20,229 nt of DNA from Ginkgo biloba (Eukaryota > Plantae > Ginkgophyta), in contig JANKJI020000004.1 in NCBI GenBank assembly GCA_024626585.2, positions 44,496,155 through 44,516,383 on the forward strand. Reading direction: 5' to 3'. Every line of letters starts with the position of its first letter. Positions within the stretch are counted from its first letter, which is position 1. The notes beneath the pieces were generated by a model. The model saw only the letters and a list, made by a program, of their open reading frames with translations, was not told where the DNA came from and made no database searches. Shown here one piece after another: positions 1-11,756 of the stretch. A program made the translations under genes and the position numbers.

Positions 1-2657
1 TACACTACAAATTATGGCTCCCGCATAGGACCCAAAATTCAACAAGTTGCAATAGGAATTGGTAGCCCTCAAGCTGCAAAAATTGCAAAAAATAGATCTT
101 GTAACTGAAAACCTTTAGGCCCAAATTGCAAAATTGAAACAAGAAATTGCAACTACAAACCAAAATGACGTCTAGTGCCCCCCACCTTGTAATCCACAAG
201 GACACTTATAGAATGAACACATAAATGAATCGATACTAGTGTTGGAGCAATGGTGTGATATTTGTAGAGGAGACTCCCATTGTACAAAAACTTGTTATTA
301 TTATCAATGCGGTCAAGGATCATATTGCAGTGGTCGAGAAGAATATTGTGGAAGAGGAACTGAAAAGATGTATTATCAACGCGCCACCAATGCCCTGCCA
401 TGCCAATATAACTAGTGGGAAGGAAAAGCAAAATCTATTTGGTGCCATCTATGCCTACGCTGGGGGCATGCATGTGCTTAATATTCTTTAGAGAAGAATG
501 GAAGATTTGTATGTGAAGAGTGTGAACTAGGAGACCATGAATGGAAAAATTTCCCACACAACCCTAGAACAAACCCAAAACCTTCAATATCGTAACTTGC
601 GCTCTAGATATAGTGGAGTCCCTCAACCTCCAAACACGAAGTGGTCAAACATATCAAATTAAGAAGAAAGACACTTTTAACTTGTTAAACATATTAATGC
701 CTAATGGGTGTATAGTGTTAAATCCTGCTCAAATCTGACATAAGATGTATTCATATCATATTCATACACATAGAACACTATACACATTTTTATGAAAAAA
801 CATCCAAGCCTTATACTATAAGAGATGTATAACAACCATGGATATATTAGTGATACAAGACATATATTTTATCTATCTATTACATGATAACATCAATTGA
901 CTCATCATATCCTACTTCTATAATTTATACAAAGTGCAGATGGTTAGATAATCATCATAATAGTTACATTATATAGATCAAATTAGAGACTTATGTCAGA
1001 ATCTCTCATCATTATTGGTGAGATCTTCATATCATATCGAGAACTTGTGTTGGGATTATTTGTCGACATCGATGAAGGTTTGGTAAGGTCCCCCAACCAT
1101 AGCNNNNNNNNNNNNNNNNNNNNNNNNNNNNNNNNNNNNNNNNNNNNNNNNNNNNNNNNNNNNNNNNNNNNNNNNNNNNNNNNNNNNNNNNNNNNNNNNN
1201 NNNTTCGCAAAAAAATTCTTGTGGTAGACCAATTCTGTCTGAAAAAATCCTTGTGTTCTTTGGAGTTAAATTTTCTCTTGAATCCTACATGAGATCCTAT
1301 CCTCACACCAATCAATACAAGCACTCGTAGCAAGAAAGACATCCTGCCAAAGGATTAATAAAAGGGAGATAAAAGTATTGAACAAAGACAATGATAATTA
1401 AATTTTCTTCACTGTCAACATCAAGGAGTGCTAGGCACAACTTGTATCATTAATCCTTGGAAAATGTTGTAACAACTAAGAAGGATATCTACATTGAATG
1501 GATGATTCCATGATCACAATTGATCAAACACCCACTATTACTACCTCCAATATTGTGGACATCAAAGAGGAAGTTACCATCTATTAAAACACATAAGCCT
1601 TTATGGGCACAAATGTTTATGACATGGGTTCATATGCCTATATAGACAAGTCCCTCTATAGAACTTGTGTAAATATTGCATAACCAAGAGCATATCATGC
1701 ATGAAGATGGGTTCAGTCCTCACAATACATTTCCCAATCAAAAGATAGCAACTCGCAGAGACAACACTAGCCATCAATTGAACACAATTTGTTCTAGATA
1801 TGGCATGCAACCAACCACCATGCATGATTTTATATTGAATTTTTGGAGGTCATCTAATCATTTCATATGGAAAATTTGATGTTTAAGAAGTAATTCCAAC
1901 TACAATATGATGTTGATCGTACTAGGTAACATCCATTTTTTCTATGCTTTGAGGATGAAGTATCTCACACACAAATGGCATGTAACGTACTTAAATGAAA
2001 GGATGTTAGTAGTCATCAAACATGTATTATCTAATGAGTCCTTCATCAATAAGTGATGTGAAGGGACGTATGGTTGAAAATATCCTTGTTTGAGGTATCC
2101 TTTGATATTAGATCCTATATAAATATATTGACTCGCAATGTTCTCATCCTATTATCAATTGACTTGACATTATCAAGGTTTTCACATGTAGCTTTTGTTT
2201 TGTCTGGAGAAAATATCATTTGCAATGGAGAACTTGATCAGTGGGATTCAAGAGGGTAAGTTTCCTCAAACTTTATGGTTCAGGTTAGATGTATGTGGAA
2301 TTGTAATGTAGAACAATTCCACACGAGTGCACTGGAAATAATGCACTACATATTTAGAGGTCAAAATTGGATATATACGAATTTTGTATAATTCCATACC
2401 ATTAAAGATTTATTCTAGAATTTGTTTTTACCATAAAAAATCCTTGGGACATGTCTATAGATTATCCATTTGCATGCTAGATAATTTAGTCCCTATGGGA
2501 GAATATACCAACACAAGACAAGATTAGAGCACTATATTGTTCGTGTACTATTGTGCAAGTACTATCCCTTAAAATGCCCTTTCATCGGGCTTTCACATGG
2601 GTAGTTTTATTTCTTTGAAGATCATTCAATTGACTTATATGATGTAAATATTTATCT

Positions 2658-2878
2658 TTTTATGTTTAATTAATTAGCCTCATACTTCAAATTATCTCCT
2701 CATAACAATGTTTTCTCTAATTTTAGTGAAATATGAATGTCATATGTTCTTTGAGTGTACAAAAATTTTATGTTTAATTGATTAGCCTCATACTCCAAAT
2801 TATCTCCTCATAAAAATGTTTTCTCTAATTTTAGTGAAATCTGAATATCATATGATCTTTGAGTGTACAAAATTTTTA
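2658..2878. repeat. Tandem direct duplication, 2 x ~108 bp
   Basis: tatgtttaatt(a/g)attagcctcatact(t/c)caaattatctcctcataa...tttgagtgtacaaaa starts at 2661 and again at 2769. The copies differ by about 6 substitutions plus one A-run indel. Confidence 0.92.
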
Positions 2879-4289
2879 ACTAACAGACTTGTGAGGAGTA
2901 ACAGAAAGAGAAGCACCTACATATACACTTATCCTTAATTCTACAAGGCACTAGATTTGGAATTCTATACTACAATTGTCCAATTCCTGTGAGTTGAAAT
3001 TCACTATAATCTCTTTAAAAATCATATATACGAGCGAATAAGAAGATGCTTGTTCCACCTTAAAGGCACAGTTAATTTGTGTTTGTCATCGCCGGGATGG
3101 ATTATCAACACATGAAAGTCTAAAACATACGCACAACCCACTTTCTGCAGGACCTTTCAACTAGGTGGCTTTCAGTTTGGTTTGAATCACTACTTCTTTG
3201 AACTCGATTGCATGCATTGCCAAGTATGCATCATTGCAGTAAAAAACTAATGCATGTCCTCGGGTCAAACCCTGCCACTTATTTCTACAGCTAAAAGAAA
3301 GCACATACATTACACATGACAGGAAAAATGGAGGGAAATCACGGAAAACCTAACCATGAATACTAATAAACCTCAAAAATACTAAAAAGAGCAACAGAAA
3401 TGAAAGGAATTCAACAATAAAATGCCACTGTGTGATATGATTTTATCGNNNNNNNNNNNNNNNNNNNNNNNNNNNNNNNNNNNNNNNNNNNNNNNNNNNN
3501 NNNNNNNNNNNNNNNNNNNNNNNNNNNNNNNNNNNNNNNNNNNNNNNNGACTTCTACACGCATATATTGTACTGAAGTGAAAACTATGTGGTAGGTACAT
3601 CCTGTGCGTAATAAAAAGTCTCTAATAACAGATGGTGTAGGTATTTTGCATGGGATCTAAACTGTAAAGCAATTTTACATGTATTATGAATCTCACTAAA
3701 TTGTGAAGGATACAAGAGGTTTCATGATAAAATTGTTTTCCTGCAGTTTTACAGAGAATTTTCTGATCTTTGTCTATTGTGATTGATAATCTGTTGGTTA
3801 AGCAATTGAACCTGCAATTGATATAGACATATCCCCGTAAGAATCATTTCATGGAAAGAAACTCAGTTATGTCATAGTTGCACAGGTGAGGCTGTGTGCT
3901 GGTGCATTATAGGCATACAAAATTCCCAAACTATAGGTGTGTTTTAATTCCTTTGGTAAGCTGCAGAACTCCCCAAATGTATATCTGGCAGGTTCAGTTC
4001 TGATGCAGCTTGAGCGGAGTAGAAGAATATCTGTAACTATGTTCTAAACATGTGACCCAGAGTCTCCATTCTTATATTATGATTGTCAAATACTTATGAA
4101 CTGCACTTGCCACACAACCTACTCCTAACTATAATGAGGACTTTGTCTGAATGTCCATTTTTATTGACATGATATTAGGGGAGCCATAACAGGAATAAAA
4201 TGTACAAATCTGCAAGCTTATTGTATTCTGAAGTTTTCCAGTGATTTGGTATTGATCCATATTTCTCTTTTTTACTTAATCCTTGGCAG

Positions 4290-4456
4290 TTTGACATAAA
4301 AAATCAGAGAATATTCTTAAAGCGTGTGGCCCATCCAGAGATCCAATTGGAGCATCTGTATATTGGTGCCTCATTTGTTCTTTATTCCAGACAGCTGCTT
4401 GTTCAAGAATATGGTGATGAGTTCACTAAGAAGCGTCTACAAGGGTTACAAGAGAC
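4290..4456 (+). CDS. NME7: Internal coding exon of an NME7 / nucleoside diphosphate kinase 7 homologue; C-terminal part of the DM10 domain
   Basis: Pyrimidine tract plus CAG acceptor (tttctctttttacttaatccttggcag, AG at 4288-4289) and donor ac|GTATGT (GT at 4457-4458). The 167 nt are open: FDIKNQRIFLKRVAHPEIQLEHLYIGASFVLYSRQLLVQEYGDEFTKKRLQGLQE(T). This aligns without gaps to human NME7 as recalled (HDVKNHRTFLKRTKYDNLHLEDLFIGNKVNVFSRQLVLIDYGDQYTARQLGSRKEK). The ORF track misses it. Confidence 0.9.
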
Positions 4457-5292
4457 GTATGTTCCTGCTCTAGAGTTTCCACATATCTGAATTTTTTATA
4501 TTGATTTTGATATCAGATTCTGTTCTCCTTATTGTATGTATTGCAATGCATACAGGTTTGGATCAAGCCTTCGATTTGACATTGCTTTAATTTGTTTTGG
4601 TATATGAGATTTCACATATTTTTAGTAAGGTCTAAATAGCAAAATATTGATTGTTTCTTATTTATGCCTGATTCTGGGTATGGTCCTCAGTGAACCATGA
4701 CCCGCTGACATAAAAACACCATGCCTGGGTATAGCAAAGTTTTTTATTTCCCCTCTTTTTTGGTCTTTGATTTGAAAGCCAAGGCAGTGAAATTGTCACC
4801 TTGTTTTACCTTGTTCTGCTTGTGATGTGTGTAAAATTTGGGATCAGAAACATGTCCAATAATACTAAATGAAAGCTTGCTTATTTATCTCATCTATTTA
4901 TGTTAACAACCAAAGCTTTCAGAAGGGCCTACCTGTCAGTTACCACCAAGTTTCAATCTGGTGTGACAACTATGCCATGCTATATGTCAATTGAGTGGAG
5001 GTAAGGTACCACTTTCCCTTTGTTAGAAAGACTAGAGAAACTTTAGACTGGAAGTTGGCTGGTACAAAATCCAGAAAGGACATGCCACTAAGTCATACTA
5101 ATTTTTGTTCTGCATATCCCAGAACCCTGCCCCTATTGTGTTAAATGAGAGGAAGGAAAAGTATAGTCCCCTTTGAGGTAATGGTATGATTGAAATGCCC
5201 ATGCGAGTTGAAGAAGCACAACAGATTCCTTCAGTCAACCTGCTTTCATTAATTGGGAACCCTAAAATCTTATGGCCCAGAAAAGCGTCTAG

Positions 5293-5387
5293 AGATTTTA
5301 TCGCAAGAAACATGATGATGCATATGATGGTGTGGGGTGTTCATGTGGCAAGAATGCAACTGTTTGTGGCGAGAATTGTGAGTGCAG
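5293..5387 (+). pseudogene. Exon-like fragment encoding an AWS (pre-SET) Cys cluster of an ASHR3/SDG4- or ASHH-type histone methyltransferase
   Basis: A frame not in the ORF track reads RFYRKKHDDAYDGVGCSCGKNATVCGENCEC(R), followed by ag|GTCTGT. It resembles plant ASHR3 as recalled (KKKRDNANDGVGCTNCG...C...CVCR). There is an in-frame TAG immediately upstream and no SET core was found. Confidence 0.55.
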
Positions 5388-7843
5388 GTCTGTCATGAGT
5401 ATATGATTCAGTTCTTCTCTTGTTTTGATTACATTTAACTATGTCAGTTTCAAGGTCTAACATAATCACATCTGATAGGTTTGTATTAATCCATAACAAA
5501 CAAATATTATGTGGTCCTGTTTCAAGCCTTCTAGTCATCTCAGATATGCCTGATGTGCATCTTTTATGCTAGTTGTTTCGTAAATTTTTAACTGTCTGAT
5601 TATGTTACGTTACCAAAATGTATTATAGATCCCCTTCGGGTAGAAAGACAGCTGTAAACTGTCAGATAGCATCAAAACATGGCATGAAGACCACAATGAA
5701 AGTTTCTCCTAGGATCTTTTATACATTTCCAGTTTACACAAACCTGTAAGTCCTACGGCCATAAATAGAGGCACACTTTGTGTTGTCAAAACAAAAGTAA
5801 TATTGGGGTAGCTCCTATTTGCATTTGATAAATGTTATGGTTCCATTCCCTATATTTGGGGTTAAGCCCAAATTTCTGTATAATCCATGATCAATGAAGA
5901 TTGTACTATGATAGGCATCGATAATGTGTTATGTAAGTTTTATGGGGGATGTTAGTGGTTGATTTGTGTTGTGGTTAGCCTCAACATTTTGTATATGTCA
6001 AGAGCAACTTTAGAGTATATAGAACATAGCTTGGGGAGTTCGATTTCAGAGGGACCTCTTAGATGATAGACGTTGAATGGAAGTTTGAGAGTTACTTGAC
6101 AAACATCTGATGGAATATGAGGATTACACATTAGTAGTATAGTGATTAGCATATTATTGTATTGGGCTTTATCGTTAAGGTTCGNNNNNNNNNNNNNNNN
6201 NNNNNNNNNNNNNNNNNNNNNNNNNNNNNNNNNNNNNNNNNNNNNNNNNNNNNNNNNNNNNNNNNNNNNNNNNNNNNNNNNNNNTCTATGATAGTGTTTA
6301 TCTCCCTTTGGCAAAACCATGACCAACAAGTGGGAATAGTCAGATGTTAGCAAGTGACTATGGGACAATGCTTGGGCGATTCTTGGACATCTGGGAATTG
6401 CCCAATGACTATCTAATGGATTATGGATGGGGTTACATGGCTTGTATTAGTTATTGGGGTCAGTCATTTGGATTTGGCACATCAACTGTCACCAATGATT
6501 GCCCACTGTATTGTACGAGGTTTCCCTCANNNNNNNNNNNNNNNNNNNNNNNNNNNNNNNNNNNNNNNNNNNNNNNNNNNNNNNNNNNNNNNNNTGTTTT
6601 CGTCTCTCGATGTCTTGTTACTTTGTGTCATTTATCTTGTGCATGGAATAGTTTTCCAATCTCATTGTTAATCTAGGTTTGTAATTTAGGAATTCGTGCT
6701 CAACATTTAGCACTATTGCTAATCTAGATTAAACATGGGGTTTTCCACTCATAGGTGGTGATACTGGCCATGATTGAGATTGGCAGAGAATATGAATTTG
6801 GGAGTTAGGGTGCACAACATATGATGGTAATTCCCATCCCTCCATGTCAGAGGTGTAATGAACGATAGTTCAATGAAGTCGACATTCATCTATGGCAGAA
6901 CCAAATTGTTGAATATTACATTTTGGCAAAAGTAGAGAATAATAGCCAAGCTGTGTCAGGGTTTAAAGACAATTTCTTTCACAACAAAGTGGAGAGATTC
7001 TTAGCGACTCTTCTAACATTGTTAGCTGAGTGGATGCATCAGCTTGAAAGACAATGGATAATTGCACAAAGAAAAGCCGGATGAAGTGTGGACTAGATGA
7101 TAGAGCAATTTTAATTACCTGGCAAATGGTCTTCAGTCACTACAAGCGGTCAATCCATAGCTTGACTTGTTGCAATGAATCTAGTTTGGCAACAAGATGT
7201 GGATGTCATCCAAAGACATTGGAATTTTCTGCATCAACACTATATAAACTTTGTTCTCCTTGACGACATTATGGTACTTCACTGAGACATTTTGGTATCA
7301 ACCTTGGAAGCAAGTTGTTGGTGAAGGCACAATGAGAACAACATCACAAAGTTTGCACTTCCTATTCGGCACCGCCAGCACATATTGTTAAGCAATAGGA
7401 GGTGGAGAACCAATGACGAGAAGATCTTGCATTCGAGAAGACCCGGTGTAACAGATTGCTCTATTTAAGCCTACAAAACAAGATACTTTAGATCTGCAAA
7501 TATATATCATTATGCATAAATGAGTGGGGCGACTTCAATCATGCATTTAGAAATACGAAATGACAATAAATATGCAATGCAATGGAAGCCCATATAACAT
7601 AGATATTTAAACTTGTTAATTTATGGTCGCAGTGAACAAAATGCATCAATTTANNNNNNNNNNNNNNNNNNNNNNNNNNNNNNNNNNNNNNNNNNNNNNN
7701 NNNNNNNNNNNNNNNNNNNNNNNNNNNNNNNNNNNNNNNNNNNNNNNNNNNNNCAAAAGTTATGGACAAATTAGTAACTGCCTATCCTATTGCAAACCAA
7801 TTGCATGTTTCGATCATCTTATTTTATAAATCGATTGCATCTT

Positions 7844-7956
7844 ATGCAATCAGAGTGTATTTTTACAAACTAACCATCTTCTTTGACCACATATTTTTAC
7901 AAATTGATCGTCATGATACAATCAGAGTGTATTTCATGATGCAATCAGAGTGTATT
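7844..7956. repeat. Short imperfect repeat, 3 copies of at(g/a)caatcagagtgtatt (two in tandem with a 23-bp period)
   Basis: One copy at 7844-7861 and two tandem units, tcatgat(a/g)caatcagagtgtatt, at 7911-7933 and 7934-7956. Confidence 0.85.
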
Positions 7957-8649
7957 ACTGGATGCAATTGAAGAGTAAAAATAAAAATCGGGAAAATCAT
8001 TTTTTCTAAAAATAGAAAAATAGAAGACTATGAACAGGGTTTCCTTATCATTGTCACCTCATGGTAACCGATTGGATTTAGTTACACAAACATTTAAATC
8101 CTTTTTGGCAATTTGGTAATCTAATGAATGAAGGAAAATCGAAGGCCATCAGACAACGGATAAAAATAGAGAATAGAAAGACAAAGAAGATAGAGAGGAC
8201 TAAAGGGGATGAAGGAGAAGATAGAAACTTAAAGGAGGAGAGGAGGAAGATGGAACAACCTGCATTCAACAAGGAAAACAGATATTGTTTGCAGCACAGA
8301 GAGTGTGAGAGAGTCTTTTTCTTTAAGACAAAAATCCACACAACTGTGGAAATTGTTTCTACTGTACAAAGCTCTATGGACAAAAGCATAGACACAGTAA
8401 TTGAAAACCTTGTTTATGACATAATTTGATGAATTCTGGAGCTTTATTCCCCAAGAGAGTTTCTCCATTTAAAATTTTTGTCTCTATGTACAAGTTTGTC
8501 TGTGTTCCATTTTAGTAATTAAATTTTAGATTCAAGTTGATAGGATTGCATGAAATTTCACAGACATAAATCTTTTGAATATAATTTTATTAAAAGGTTC
8601 TATAGTTATTTACATTGGGAGGATTTAACTTACCCACTGAAATACAAAT

Positions 8650-8975
8650 CAAATATCATGGAATGTTAGGGGATTAGAATTTTCCCTAAGAAAAAGTTGT
8701 TTCAAAAATAAAGGTAAGAGAAACTAGACCAACTATCATCTTAATACAAGAGACTAAAATCAATGGACAAGTGTTAGAATATACCTTCAAATCCATTTGT
8801 CCAAAATTTGCCTATAAACACATAAAACCCAAAGGTCAATTAAGAGGAATGGGAACCCTCTAGGATCTATAATTTTTGGAATTAATAGAATTAGTAGAGG
8901 TATGAAATTAGTTAATACCATATTTTAAAGTAGTACATTCCATGACATCATTCTTAATTATTGATTTGTATGGAC
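8650..8975 (+). mobile_element. Degenerate L1-type LINE, ORF2 APE-endonuclease N-terminus
   Basis: ISWNVRGL at 8653-8676. After a frameshift: RETRPTIILIQETK (QETK at 8747-8758) ...PKGQLRGMGTL*D. These match the SWNVRGL, LQETK and G.SGG...LW motifs of LINE endonucleases. The element runs into the gap at 8976. Confidence 0.8.
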
Positions 8976-11149
8976 NNNNNNNNNNNNNNNNNNNNNNNNN
9001 NNNNNNNNNNNNNNNNNNNNNNNNNNNNNNNNNNNNNNNNNNNNNNNNNNNNNNNNNNNNNNNNNNNNNNNNNNNNNNNNNNNNNNNNNNNNNNNNNNNN
9101 NNNNNNNNNNNNNNNNNNNNNNNNNNNNNNNNNNNNNNNNNNNNNNNNNNNNNNNNNNNNNNNNNNNNNNNNNNNNNNNNNNNNNNNNNNNNNNNNNNNN
9201 NNNNNNNNNNNNNNNNNNNNNNNNNNNNNNNNNNNNNNNNNNNNNNNNNNNNNNNNNNNNNNNNNNNNNNNNNNNNNNNNNNNNNNNNNNNNNNNNNNNN
9301 NNNNNNNNNNNNNNNNNNNNNNNNNNNNNNNNNNNNNNNNNNNNNNNNNNNNNNNNNNNNNNNNNNNNNNNNNNNNNNNNNNNNNNNNNNNNNNNNNNNN
9401 NNNNNNNNNNNNNNNNNNNNNNNNNNNNNNNNNNNNNNNNNNNNNNNNNNNNNNNNNNNNNNNNNNNNNNNNNNNNNNNNNNNNNNNNNNNNNNNNNNNN
9501 NNNNNNNNNNNNNNNNNNNNNNNNNNNNNNNNNNNNNNNNNNNNNNNNNNNNNNNNNNNNNNNNNNNNNNNNNNNNNNNNNNNNNNNNNNNNNNNNNNNN
9601 NNNNNGTTAGACAAACGGACAAGCCCAAATGCACCCTAGAACTTAACTGCTCTTCATGGTTCGAAATTGGGTCGTTGCTTTGGCACTATTTTTGGGGAAA
9701 CTGGGAGGGCAACCCTTCGAAAAAAGAAGAAGTTCGTCTTAAAGGCTTATGGATTCGTGACAACATGGGTTTAAACTCGAAGGGCCCCCATAAAACTAAG
9801 GAAAAGGCCCTAACACCATTTTATCATTTCAAAGCTTAAAAGAGGTCTTAAATCCTTCCATGTGACCATGGCCAAAGGCAAAGGGGGCTAAAAAAAATTA
9901 AAAAGTGACACTAGGTTAATTTTTGTGTTTGTTTTAATTTTAGGTTTACGTGTTTCTTTTTTCGTTTTGCATTTGGCGTTTTTGTACAGGGGGCAATGGA
10001 GGCGGTGGCCACGGTGTGTAGACCCATGAGGGGGCAACGAGGGCAAGGAGGTCGCACCAGGGGGTAGGCGACCAAGGGCAATAAGGACAGAGACATAGCA
10101 GGCCAGGGACGGGGAGAGCAGGCCCGCAAGGGCGATGGAGCATGGGTGACAGGGAATAGCTCACGCAACAAAGGGGGTGCCACAGGTAGGGAAAGGGAGA
10201 CGCAGGGACGAACAGGGAGGAGCAAGAGGTCTGGACACCATTCGACATTTAGGTGCAGGGTAGGACGACGTGGTAGCATGAGGGTGCCAACCAGGGAGTT
10301 GTAAGAGAGGAGGGGACACTGAGAACGAAAGAAAAGGGGAAAAAGCAAACCCTAGGCCAAAAACAACATATATTTATCAGTAAAAATGACAATTTCAACC
10401 AATAAGAACTTTATTTAGATGTTCACACATTTTTTGCACAGTGTAAGGAGATTCAACTGGTTAACCATGTATTGAAAATGAATAATCGAAGACAAATTCA
10501 TGAAAACAACACAATAAATCTGCTCCATTGACAAAAATACATCAATTACACCAGAGAATAAAATAAAATACAACTGTCAACCATGGTTTCAAATGAATTT
10601 ATAACCGAATCACTTGTAGAACACGAAAGGGGGATGCACAGTCTACTGGAAAACAAAAGGGACAATGTTGCATTCTCCTCCATCGATTTCATGCTCTCCT
10701 CCATCAACAACAAAACCAAAACTCTCCTCTCATGCCAAAGGCAAAATTTCTCCACACTCCATTCTCTTCTTCTCCAAAAACTTGTTCTCCACACTTCTTC
10801 CTCACANNNNNNNNNNNNNNNNNNNNNNNNNNNNNNNNNNNNNNNNNNNNNNNNNNNNNNNNNNNNNNNNNNNNNNNNNNNNNNNNNNNNNNNNNNNNNN
10901 NNNNNNGAAAAATAGACTTAATAAAATCCCTAAAATAAATCATTCTAACTTGAGGGACACTTAGAGTATTCATGAGTGATTTGGAGCCTATATTTAAAGA
11001 GGTGTGACCCTTGGAGTGAGGCACTCTTCATTTATCCTATAAAAGGACATTCTCTCACATTTCTTCTTATAATTCAATCATTGACTATTATTTTCTTCTT
11101 CTCCTGTGATAACCTATATTTTAGGAGCAGATTGCTCCTCTCTTCTATT

Positions 11150-11230
11150 TGGGAAAGCAGAGTGCTTCCCTCTTCCACTTGGAAGCAGAGTGCTTCCTCT
11201 TGGATAACAGAGTGTTCTCTCTCTCTCTCT
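11150..11230. repeat. Three imperfect copies of gga(a)agcagagtgcttcc, followed by a (CT)n microsatellite running into a gap
   Basis: gggaaagcagagtgcttccctctt / ggaagcagagtgcttcctctt / ggataacagagtgttctctctctctctct, then N. Confidence 0.8.
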
Positions 11231-11390
11231 NNNNNNNNNNNNNNNNNNNNNNNNNNNNNNNNNNNNNNNNNNNNNNNNNNNNNNNNNNNNNNNNNNNNNN
11301 NNNNNNNNNCATATATTTCGTGTATTCTACTATTACTCCGATTGTTATGTCTTTTGGAGCAATATTTGTGGTTATTTGTTGACTTTTGAC

Positions 11391-11756
11391 ATAACATGCA
11401 ATGTATGGTTGGCTGATATATCCATTGATGATGATACTTAGCAGTGGTTTGTTAACAGTTTTGAGAAAGAAATACCTTCGGGGTTGGAAGGGATCAATCC
11501 TAAATTGAGAGCCTGGATTATCAAGTGCGACAGGGGGTGGGCAGAGTTGTTCAACGCTAAGTTGCGAGTGGCAAAAGGCACTAATAAAGCTTTGGATGTG
11601 CAAGAAGAGTTGAACAGAACCGAAGGAACAATGTAGGAATTGGGTGAAGAGTTGTTCACTGAAAAGAAGTTGGATATTCTTGAAAACATATTATAGAAAG
11701 ATAATATCCTTGTATCCAAATTTGAACAGCCTGCCAAGAAAAAGAGGAAAAAGTAA
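11391..11756 (+). pseudogene. Dead reading frame of unknown family (probably a TE accessory ORF) ending in an NLS-like PAKKKRKK
   Basis: One frame of 122 codons: ITCNVWLADISIDDDT*QWFVNSFEKEIPSGLEGINPKLRAWIIKCDRGWAELFNAKLRVAKGTNKALDVQEELNRTEGTM*ELGEELFTEKKLDILENIL*KDNILVSKFEQPAKKKRKK*. Composition is protein-like. There are three internal TAG stops and no frameshift. Confidence 0.55.

Noticed and set aside
1860-2060. Minus-strand LIDEG and FPYE snippets suggesting a gypsy protease
   Set aside because: The spacing is shorter than expected and the sequence is too degenerate to call by eye.
3076-3123. FVFVIAGMDY resembling the NME7 N-terminal FVFIAEWYD
   Set aside because: It lacks the conserved Trp, has a stop after 15 codons, and shows no further similarity or suitable donor.
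3151-3223. Segment bounded by ttttctgcAG and GTATGC, a possible 5' exon
   Set aside because: No NME7 similarity in any frame. It could be a UTR exon, but that cannot be supported without transcripts.
3975-4040. IWQVQF...SGVEE as a candidate first NME7 exon
   Set aside because: In-frame stop, no phase-0 donor, and similarity at chance level.
7844-7956. Short repeats here and at 11150-11230 as a CRISPR-like array
   Set aside because: Only three copies each, with no regular unique spacers, no cas genes and a eukaryotic context.
8942-9839. Long ORFs of 218-292 aa in the ORF track
   Set aside because: Artefacts of reading through the N-gap at 8976-9604.
9911-10348. Pro/Leu-rich minus-strand ORFs of 145 and 100 aa
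   Set aside because: These are a by-product of the C-rich, stop-poor strand of the GC island and show no recognisable domain.
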